A stretch of DNA of 32,000 nucleotides. Source: Candidatus Saccharimonadota bacterium. GTDB taxonomy: Bacteria > Patescibacteriota > Saccharimonadia > Saccharimonadales > Saccharimonadaceae. A program made the position numbers and the translations under genes. The notes under the pieces were generated by a model. The model saw only the letters and a program-made list of their open reading frames with translations, searched no databases and was not told where the DNA came from. Each line of letters starts with the position of its first letter. Position 1 is the first letter of the stretch. Shown here piece by piece: positions 24,500-31,164 of the stretch. The stretch covers positions 180,001-212,000 of the forward strand of contig MKSO01000001.1 in NCBI GenBank assembly GCA_001897305.1. Reading direction: 5' to 3'.

Positions 24500-24508
24500 A
24501 GTATATCA
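24500..24508 (-). promoter_or_regulatory. Extended -10 (TGATATACT on the minus strand) 7 nt upstream of the def ATG; leaderless-type promoter
   Basis: The minus strand reads TGA-TATACT-atggcca-ATG(def). Confidence 0.5.
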
Positions 24509-24519
24509 GAGGTAGCGGT

Positions 24520-24709
24520 GAGGCGGAAGAGGCGGCCGGAGCTCGAGCATAGCGCTTTGATGAAACCTAGCTATCGAACGGCGACTTCTTGGCGGAGCGA
24601 GGACTGTCTGAGCGCAGCGAGTTCCGCAGATCCCCAAGAAGGAGCCGAGATACAGGTAAGGCTTGAATCAACCGCGCTATGCTCGAGCTCCGGCCGCCTC
24701 TTCCGCCTC
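24520..24709 (+). repeat. Long-hairpin element, copy B: 36-bp perfect inverted arms, 118-nt structured interior and a 34-nt conserved core (core in + orientation)
   Basis: The arm gaggcggaagaggcggccggagctcgagcatagcgc (24520-24555) is the exact reverse complement of 24674-24709. Inner pairings are cttcttgg(24585-92)/ccaagaag(24634-41), cggc(24579-82)/gccg(24644-47) and tatc(24572-75)/gata(24649-52). The core agcgaggactgtctgagcgcagcgagttccgcag (24596-24629) matches the reverse complement of 28267-28300 at 34/34 positions. Confidence 0.85.
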
Positions 24710-24718
24710 TGCTACAAT
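24710..24718 (+). promoter_or_regulatory. Extended -10 (TGCTACAAT) 6 nt upstream of the ATG at 24725; leaderless-type promoter
   Basis: TGC-TACAAT-aggtat-ATG. It begins at the nucleotide immediately after the right arm of element B. Confidence 0.55.
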
Positions 24719-24724
24719 AGGTAT

Positions 24725-25273
24725 ATGAAGCAATTGACTAAAGACCAGTTTGATAGCTTGCTGCAAACGGCGGTGATTCGGCCGAAAATTCGTCGCGAGG
24801 TTCGATTCGCGAACGTTGCTCAGTTGGATGAGGCTACTTGGCTGCATACCGAGGTTCTTGCTGTTCCCGATAGATCTGGAAACAAAGGAGTGCTTTTGTT
24901 GAAAGCAACCGAGAATGCCTTATATGTGGCTAGTTATGAACTAAAGAGGGGGATGACCAGCAGCACAGGCAAAGCTCAGCCGATCATTTGTGATTTCTGT
25001 CGCACGTGGCAAACGGGCACTCGAGCGGGCAGTATTACGCTTGATAAGCCCGGCCGCGCCAACGGTTCGGTGACGTTTTTATGTTGCGCTGACCTCGCCT
25101 GTAGCCAGCATGTTCGAAGCCTGACTTCGGCGGCTCGTACGTCACGATCTCAGCTTCGCGAGGACATGACAAATGAAGAGCGGATAGCCCGGCTTGAACA
25201 ACGTATCAACGAGCTCGCCCAGGTTGTAGAGTTAGTAGCGTATACTGGAGAGTATGCGAATACGGAAAAGTAA
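24725..25273 (+). CDS. FBP (FusB-like, EF-G-binding) domain protein with a C-terminal treble-clef zinc finger (182 aa)
   Basis: ICDFCRTWQ...GSITLDKPGRANGSVTFLCCADLACSQHVR matches my recollection of the FBP_C pattern (CxxC ... G..iCaDLaCs..vR). The start is set at ATG 24725, because the upstream 110 codons of the 292-aa ORF run through the palindromic element B. Confidence 0.68.
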   Translation: MKQLTKDQFDSLLQTAVIRPKIRREVRFANVAQLDEATWLHTEVLAVPDRSGNKGVLLLKATENALYVASYELKRGMTSSTGKAQPIICDFCRTWQTGTRAGSITLDKPGRANGSVTFLCCADLACSQHVRSLTSAARTSRSQLREDMTNEERIARLEQRINELAQVVELVAYTGEYANTEK

Positions 25274-25286
25274 GGAAAGGTTTGCT

Positions 25287-26225
25287 ATGCCACCATCACC
25301 AGTATCAACACCATCTTCACGAAAAAAACCACTTGTCATCGGACTAATTGTCGCCGGCGCGCTTCTTCTTATCGCGGCGATTGTCATTCCAATCGTTCAA
25401 GTTAACCGGGCGAATCAAGCCGCATCTACCTACCGTAGTGACGTAAAAGATACGGTGTCGCAATTACTTGCCTCGAATACGCCTAAGCGTCGTGTCGAGT
25501 TGGTTGAAAAGCCACCAGTGCTGCAGCCTATTTGGTTAGGTGAGCAACTGTCCGGAAAGTATCGAGATGCCCAAGCGCTTGAGGCTCGTTACAAGAAATT
25601 AACAGATGACAACATCTCGGTATTTAAATTTATTTACGCGTTTGAAACTCTTAGTGGAAACGAAAAAGATAGCTTCTTCCCACGTTTAACAGCGACACTG
25701 CAAACAGAAGTGCCGCCATTTAGCTACCGTGTTGACACCGAAGCACAAAAGGCCGGTTCTAAAGCCTATGTCGATGCTGCCAATAAGCAAGCGCAGGCCT
25801 ACACGGCACTCGCTGACGAGATGAAGGGGTACGTTCTTCCTGATGCAGCCAAAGAGCCGCAACAACGGATGTACACTGCCCTCATGGCTATGGCGAACGA
25901 GAAAACTGCTCAGGCTACAAAGCAAAAAGACTACACTGAGAAAGCCGAAAAAGGCGAGATTGATGAGAATGGCATGGAGAAGCAGGCTACTCAAAAATCG
26001 TACACAGATAATTTACTTGATACGCTTGATGCATTTAGCTCACAGCTGTACTCATTAAGTACGTCGGTGAGTGGAGATATTTCCCTAGATGCATATCCAG
26101 AGGTTCGTGCTGCCACTAAGGCGCTCGTAGAACCATTTACGCGCACCGATGTTCAGCAGTGGATTGTCGACACAACTCAAAAGACGCAAAATGATTACAC
26201 GGCATTTTCAGATTCGTTGAAGTAA
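25287..26225 (+). CDS. Membrane-anchored hypothetical protein (312 aa), helical and charged ectodomain
   Basis: AAGGAAAGG Shine-Dalgarno sequence 7 nt before ATG 25287. One TM helix (LVIGLIVAGALLLIAAIVIPIV). The rest is K/E/Q/A-rich, with no recognised motif. Confidence 0.65.
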   Translation: MPPSPVSTPSSRKKPLVIGLIVAGALLLIAAIVIPIVQVNRANQAASTYRSDVKDTVSQLLASNTPKRRVELVEKPPVLQPIWLGEQLSGKYRDAQALEARYKKLTDDNISVFKFIYAFETLSGNEKDSFFPRLTATLQTEVPPFSYRVDTEAQKAGSKAYVDAANKQAQAYTALADEMKGYVLPDAAKEPQQRMYTALMAMANEKTAQATKQKDYTEKAEKGEIDENGMEKQATQKSYTDNLLDTLDAFSSQLYSLSTSVSGDISLDAYPEVRAATKALVEPFTRTDVQQWIVDTTQKTQNDYTAFSDSLK

Positions 26226-26228
26226 TAG

Positions 26229-28169
26229 TTAAAGAAGACTTGTGGGGTCCAATTCACTTTGCCAGTGCGTTGGCGGGACAGCGTCAAGTGCTTGGACGAG
26301 CACATCTCTTTTAGGGCTTTTGAGCGTCAGCTGCCAACGATACGTATCGTGTTGTCGTTCATAAAAGGCCGGCGTCGGCCCCAGTACCTCGACGCCTCGA
26401 GGCAGGCGAGACCGGAGTGTACGGGAAAGTTGTTGGGCATTACGAACAGCGGCTGCTTCGCTTTTGTATACGTCGGTAAGTTGGAGTAAATAGCGAAAAG
26501 GCGGAAAGCCTGCCTTTTGACGTTCGGAAAGCGCATATGAGTAGAAGCCCTCATAATCTTGCTTGACGCCATATTGGATGACGGGGTGAGTCGGTTGGTA
26601 GGACTGTACCACCACACTTGTGGCCCGTTCGTCACGCCCCACGCGACCTACAACCTGGGCAATTAACTGAAAGGCGCGTTCGCTGGCGGCATAGTCGGGG
26701 AGGGCTAACCCACTGTCTGCCTGGATAATACCAACCGTACGTAACTTGGGGAGATCAAGACCTTTAGCGACAACCTGGGTACCGATAGCTATATCGATAG
26801 TACCGTTGTAAAGGTCGGTGTAGCGTTCGTTGACCGTTTCGTGAGTGGCGTTATCACCGTCGAAGCGGGCAATTTTTGCTTTAGGAAATAGGCGTTGTAA
26901 TTCGCTTTCGATGAGCTTTGTGCCAATACCTTTGTGAATAATCTGTGAAGCATGGCAAACGGGGCATGAAGTAGGCACTTTTGTTTTGTAGTCACAAATA
27001 TGACAGCTGAGACTGAAAGAGTCGGTATGGAGTACTAACGGCACAAAACAGCGGGGGCATTCGGCGGTCCAGCCACAGTTTTCGCACAGCGTAGTACTGG
27101 CACTGCCGCGACGGTTATGAAAAAGAAGAGTTTGCTGGCCAGATGCAATATTGTGTTCGATTTCGCTAATAAGTGTGTCCGATAGAAAGCGATGATGTTT
27201 GAATGCTTCGCGTTTTTTCATATCAACGACATGCACAGTGGTAGGAGTGGCATTGCTACGAGCTGGCTTTGGGAGTGTGACGATAGGGGAGTTGGTGGTC
27301 TCTGCGATGTAGCGATCGGTGATCAGCGGGGTCGCGCTTCCTAATACTACCCGGGCCTTCGCAGCTCTACCCAGTACCCCGGCGGCCCTGAGGGCAGAGT
27401 AGCGCGGAGCCTGCTCTTGCTTATAGCTTGGTTCATGAGCTTCGTCTACTAGTATGGCGCCAAGTTGGTAAGCTGGCATAAATAGGGCGGAGCGAGGCCC
27501 GATAATAACAGTTGGCTCGCTAGCATGGAGTACTTTTTGCCACGCAAGGTGTCGCTCGGCTTCTGTCATATGAGAATGAGTTACGATCGTATGATTGAAC
27601 TCATGAATAAACTCGTCGACAACTTGGCTGGTGAGTCCAATTTCTGGCACAAGAATAATAACCGACTTGCCGTCGGCGATGGTGCGGCGAGTTATTTCTT
27701 TGTACACTTCGGTTTTTCCAGACCCTGTTACCCCTTGAAGTAGGGTGGTGCCAGATGGTTGAGCCATAATTTTTTTCACAGCTTCAGTCTGATCATCATT
27801 GAGTACAATAGTTGTTCGATTACGGGTTGAGACATGCGGTTGGACTTCTTTGCTGCGTCGCTTTTTTGTCAGTCCGCGGGGCAGGACAGTCTGGAGTACG
27901 GTTGCAAGCGGTGTGTGATAATAGTCAGCTAGCCAGAGCGAAAGCTCAACCAGTGACTGGGGAAGGGCCGTTGTCTCGATGACTCCATCAATCGGTTTCG
28001 TTTCGTAGGCTGGTTTCGAAACAGGCTTTATAACAAGCCCTGTAAGTTGTTGCTTGCCAACCGGGATTAATACCAGGTAACCAACAGATAATTGCTGATT
28101 ACTGTGATATGTAAAGGTATTCGCGTTGCTGCGAACAATCTTAGTTGGGGCAACCTCATAAAACCACAT
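26229..28169 (-). CDS. priA: Primosomal protein N' (replication-restart helicase PriA)
   Basis: Walker A GVTGSGKTEVY, the DEAH box LVDEAHE, the internal Cys-rich zinc region CENCGW..CPRC...CHIC...CPVC, and C-terminal helicase motifs (QVVGRVGR). Confidence 0.95.
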   Translation of the reverse strand: MWFYEVAPTKIVRSNANTFTYHSNQQLSVGYLVLIPVGKQQLTGLVIKPVSKPAYETKPIDGVIETTALPQSLVELSLWLADYYHTPLATVLQTVLPRGLTKKRRSKEVQPHVSTRNRTTIVLNDDQTEAVKKIMAQPSGTTLLQGVTGSGKTEVYKEITRRTIADGKSVIILVPEIGLTSQVVDEFIHEFNHTIVTHSHMTEAERHLAWQKVLHASEPTVIIGPRSALFMPAYQLGAILVDEAHEPSYKQEQAPRYSALRAAGVLGRAAKARVVLGSATPLITDRYIAETTNSPIVTLPKPARSNATPTTVHVVDMKKREAFKHHRFLSDTLISEIEHNIASGQQTLLFHNRRGSASTTLCENCGWTAECPRCFVPLVLHTDSFSLSCHICDYKTKVPTSCPVCHASQIIHKGIGTKLIESELQRLFPKAKIARFDGDNATHETVNERYTDLYNGTIDIAIGTQVVAKGLDLPKLRTVGIIQADSGLALPDYAASERAFQLIAQVVGRVGRDERATSVVVQSYQPTHPVIQYGVKQDYEGFYSYALSERQKAGFPPFRYLLQLTDVYKSEAAAVRNAQQLSRTLRSRLPRGVEVLGPTPAFYERQHDTYRWQLTLKSPKRDVLVQALDAVPPTHWQSELDPTSLL

Positions 28170-28175
28170 ATATTT

Positions 28176-28184
28176 AGTATAGCA
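28176..28184 (-). promoter_or_regulatory. Extended -10 (TGCTATACT on the minus strand) 6 nt upstream of the priA ATG; leaderless-type promoter
   Basis: The minus strand reads TGC-TATACT-aaatat-ATG(priA). It is separated from the left arm of element C by 1 nt. Confidence 0.55.
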
Positions 28185-28185
28185 G

Positions 28186-28376
28186 TGAGCGTAAGGAGGC
28201 GGAGCGAGACTTTTTATATGCAGTTACCTCAAGCCTTGAGTGGCTGCGTGTTTTCTTCTTGAGACGCTGCGGAACTCGCTGCGCTCAGACAGTCCTCGCT
28301 TCGTCAGGAAGAAAACGCTTGCCACTCAGGTTTCGATAAAGCATATAAAAAGTCTCGCTCCGCCTCCTTACGCTCA
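28186..28376 (-). repeat. Long-hairpin element, copy C: 36-bp perfect inverted arms, 119-nt structured interior, with the same 34-nt core in the opposite orientation to copy B
   Basis: The arm tgagcgtaaggaggcggagcgagactttttatatgc (28186-28221) is the exact reverse complement of 28341-28376. Inner pairings are gagtggc(28238-44)/gccactc(28321-27), gttttcttc(28250-58)/gaagaaaac(28308-16) and gacg(28263-66)/cgtc(28302-05). The core lies at 28267-28300. The junction motifs TTTATCGAAACCT and AAGGCTTGA are shared with copy B. Confidence 0.85.
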
Positions 28377-28385
28377 TGCTACAAT
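28377..28385 (+). promoter_or_regulatory. Extended -10 (TGCTACAAT) 6 nt upstream of the ATG at 28392; leaderless-type promoter
   Basis: TGC-TACAAT-aaccat-ATG. It begins at the nucleotide immediately after the right arm of element C. Confidence 0.55.
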
Positions 28386-28391
28386 AACCAT

Positions 28392-29048
28392 ATGTATTTT
28401 GAGAGCCGAATTCAGGCTGGCCAGCAGTTAGCCCAGCAGCTTTTTGAGAAATATCGCTACGAAAACTGCGCCATTATTGCTTTAAGTGATGGCGGTGTTT
28501 TGGTAGGGGAGCAAATTGCCACGCAGCTTCACTGTATTTTAACGATGCTTTTAGTAGAAGATATTCCGGTGCCGGGTGAAAGTGTTAGCTTTGGCGGCGT
28601 GTCCCAAACGGGGCAATTCACGTATAACAGCGAGTTTTCTAGTGGGGAAATTGATGAGTATGCAACTGAGTTTCACGGCTACCTAGAAGAGCAAAAACGT
28701 GAGGCTTTCCAGCGCATCAATCGGCTTATTGGTGATGGCGGCTTAATTGATCGCGATTTGCTACGTGACCATACAATTATATTAGTGAACGATGGCTTCG
28801 CTGATACGACCGTTCTGGACGTAGCGCTCGATTTCCTTAAGCCGATACGTATTAATAGGCTTATTATTGCCGCGCCAGTTGCATCCGAGCAAGCGGTCGA
28901 CCGTTTGCACGTAGTGGCTGACGAGTTGCACATTCTTGATGTAAAGACGAATTTTTTCGATACCGACCATTACTATACCGACAATACAATTCCTACGCAC
29001 GAAGAGACGATCGATAAAATTAATAAGATTATCCTGAATTGGCGTTGA
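28392..29048 (+). CDS. Phosphoribosyltransferase-family protein (218 aa)
   Basis: The N-terminal F..R..AG..LA..L pattern and the hydrophobic-strand-plus-acidic loop TIILVNDGFADTTV resemble the PRPP-binding motif of type I PRTases, although the loop is degenerate (no TG). Confidence 0.7.
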   Translation: MYFESRIQAGQQLAQQLFEKYRYENCAIIALSDGGVLVGEQIATQLHCILTMLLVEDIPVPGESVSFGGVSQTGQFTYNSEFSSGEIDEYATEFHGYLEEQKREAFQRINRLIGDGGLIDRDLLRDHTIILVNDGFADTTVLDVALDFLKPIRINRLIIAAPVASEQAVDRLHVVADELHILDVKTNFFDTDHYYTDNTIPTHEETIDKINKIILNWR

Positions 29049-29118
29049 CCTAGCTAGTAAGGAAAGTGTAGAATAAAACTCAACAGGTTCTGAGAGGCCA
29101 AAGTTTAAAAGGGGAAGC

Positions 29119-29421
29119 ATGTTAGACGTTTTTATTACATCTCGGGTGCGACGCAAGATCGTTGTTGTGTATGCCAAGTATCCCGATTTTCGCACGCACG
29201 TACGAGGCCTTGCGAAACTCATTAAAGAAGATCCAGGTAACATTCAGCGTGAGTTAAAGCGCCTTGAAAAAGTAGGCTTTCTTCTTAGCGAGCGACAGGG
29301 GAACACGAAAATTTATGCAACCAACAAACAATTCCCAATCTTTAAAGAGCTCCAAAGTATTGTTATTAAGTCTCAGCAACAAGCAGCTCGCCCAAAACGT
29401 ACCTCAACTGACGTTGCGTAA
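29119..29421 (+). CDS. Small winged-helix DNA-binding protein (ArsR/MarR-like, 100 aa)
   Basis: AGGGGAAG Shine-Dalgarno sequence. ...VRGLAKLIKEDPGNIQRELKRLEKVGFLLSERQGNTKIY... has the helix-turn-helix-plus-wing pattern. The tail is basic. Confidence 0.68.
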   Translation: MLDVFITSRVRRKIVVVYAKYPDFRTHVRGLAKLIKEDPGNIQRELKRLEKVGFLLSERQGNTKIYATNKQFPIFKELQSIVIKSQQQAARPKRTSTDVA

Positions 29422-29445
29422 GCGCGTAGCTTGCAGGGGTAGTGT

Positions 29446-31131
29446 ATGAATCTTTTTGACCGCATTTTAGAGGCTCGAGGTATTACCGGCCCGACAAAGG
29501 CGGTTTTTCTTTCGCCGCAGTACGATGCTAGGCATGATCCGTTCTTGTTACCAGATATGGAAGCATCTGTGGAAAGGCTTGTGCAGGCGCATGATCGCCA
29601 AGAGCGGATTACTATTTATGGTGATTATGATATTGATGGACTCACTGCCACAACGGTGCTTCTTGATGCGCTTAATAGTTTTGGGTTTGAACGGGTAAAG
29701 GCATTTATTCCTAACCGTTTTACCGAAGGCTACGGGCTTACGATTGATGCAATCGAGCGTATCGCAGCGCAAGGAGCTGACCTTATTATCACCGTAGACT
29801 GTGGGAGCCTGAGTCATGCAGAGATTACTCGCGCTAAAGAACTGGGCGTTGATGTTATCGTGACGGATCACCACAATGTTGCACCTCAGCAGCCTCCAGC
29901 TGTGGCGGTTATTAATCCGAAAAGATTACTACAAGATCATCCTGACGAATACGAAAACTACTTGCTTAAGCCAAGTTCAGCCTTTAAGGGGAAGATTTAT
30001 CCGTTTCTTGACCTACCTGGAGTGGGCGTGGCATTTAAGTTGGTGCAAGCCTTGCAGAGCCGTTTGACGGGTTTAGAGCCCGGCCAAGAGAAGTGGTTGC
30101 TTGACCTTGTGGCGCTGGGTACTGTCTGCGATGTCGTCACGCTGGTTGATGAAAATCGTACCCATGTATTTTGGGGCTTGAAAGTGTTGTCCAAGACGCG
30201 CCGCGCTGGCCTTAAAGCCTTAATGGCGGTGGCAGGGGTGCGACAGCAGGCTGTTGATGCTCGCAGCCTTGGGTTTGCCCTGGGGCCGCGTATGAATGCC
30301 GCCGGACGCCTAGAAACGGCGCAATACGCGCTGGATATGCTCACTGCCACCGACCCAATGGAGGCCTTGCAGTACGCTCGCCAACTTGATGAGATGAACC
30401 AAGCCCGCCGTCGCGAGCAAGATGTTATTTTAAAGGAGGCGCTTATTCAGGCTGAGACATTCAAAGATGACCCAGTGTTAGTGGTTGCCTCCGAAGGGTG
30501 GAATCACGGCATTGTAGGTATTGTAGCTGCTAAATTGCTTGAACGATACCAAAAACCGACCTTCGTATTAGCTATTCATGATGACGAGGCCAAAGGCTCG
30601 GCTCGCAGTTACGGTGACTTTAGCGCGGCAGATGCAATTCGATCGGCCGATTCCATTATTACTAAGGGCGGCGGCCATAAGCTGGCGGCTGGCGTAACAG
30701 TACCAGCTTCTCGTATTGATGATTTTCGAGCCCAAGTGAACGCTTTTTATAAACAGCAAAACCTTCGCGAGCAAGCGCAACTATTACTTCCTTCGGCAGA
30801 TACTGATGCCCACTTAGAAGAAGTAACAGAAGAGTTGATTGCTGCTATAGCAACACTTGAGCCTTTTGGTAACGGTAATCCACAGCCAGTACTACGGACC
30901 GAACCGCTTATGGTAAGGGGAGTTCGTCGTATGGGCGACAGTGGCCAGCATATAAAATTGACACTTCAGAGTGACACGGGCAACTCTATTGATGTCGTGG
31001 CATTTAATGCACCGGACTATTTCTTTGTTGAGCAAGGCGTAAGTATTAGGGTGTGGTATGCCCCTGAACTCAACGAATGGCAAGGACGTCGTAGGGTAGA
31101 GGGGCGCCTGCTGCACCTTGAGGTGGTTTGA
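29446..31131 (+). CDS. recJ: Single-stranded-DNA-specific exonuclease RecJ
   Basis: DHH-family motifs occur in order: IYGDYDIDGLTA, ITVDCG, VTDHH and GH..AAG (DHHA1), followed by a C-terminal OB-like domain. Confidence 0.94.
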   Translation: MNLFDRILEARGITGPTKAVFLSPQYDARHDPFLLPDMEASVERLVQAHDRQERITIYGDYDIDGLTATTVLLDALNSFGFERVKAFIPNRFTEGYGLTIDAIERIAAQGADLIITVDCGSLSHAEITRAKELGVDVIVTDHHNVAPQQPPAVAVINPKRLLQDHPDEYENYLLKPSSAFKGKIYPFLDLPGVGVAFKLVQALQSRLTGLEPGQEKWLLDLVALGTVCDVVTLVDENRTHVFWGLKVLSKTRRAGLKALMAVAGVRQQAVDARSLGFALGPRMNAAGRLETAQYALDMLTATDPMEALQYARQLDEMNQARRREQDVILKEALIQAETFKDDPVLVVASEGWNHGIVGIVAAKLLERYQKPTFVLAIHDDEAKGSARSYGDFSAADAIRSADSIITKGGGHKLAAGVTVPASRIDDFRAQVNAFYKQQNLREQAQLLLPSADTDAHLEEVTEELIAAIATLEPFGNGNPQPVLRTEPLMVRGVRRMGDSGQHIKLTLQSDTGNSIDVVAFNAPDYFFVEQGVSIRVWYAPELNEWQGRRRVEGRLLHLEVV

Positions 31132-31164
31132 AAGCCTGCGCAACTTATGCTTAACTAGGTGGTA

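Noticed and set aside
24395-24724. N-terminal 110-codon extension of the FBP ORF (292-aa version)
   Set aside because: The extension overlaps the def coding region on the other strand and reads straight through palindromic element B. The recognisable domain starts after ATG 24725, which has its own extended -10 box.
28301-28307. Hammerhead-ribozyme-like CUGACGA box next to the core of element C (minus-strand reading)
   Set aside because: The box is not present at the corresponding position of copy B (which reads ..TTGGCGGAGCG..). No matching GAAA or cleavage-site arrangement could be built.
28240-28431. 63-aa ORF inside hairpin element C, and the idea that the conserved core encodes a peptide (LRNSLRSDSPR is conserved in the equivalent frame of copy B)
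   Set aside because: Copy B has no plausible start codon in that frame, and the ORF in copy C runs on into the next gene's start. The flanking differences between copies are compensatory base-pair changes, which points to nucleic-acid structure rather than a protein. The peptide identity simply reflects the identical 34 nt.
28782-29243. 153-aa minus-strand ORF antisense to the PRTase and wHTH genes
   Set aside because: It spans an intergenic region and two well-supported plus-strand genes. It has no ribosome-binding site or recognisable motif.
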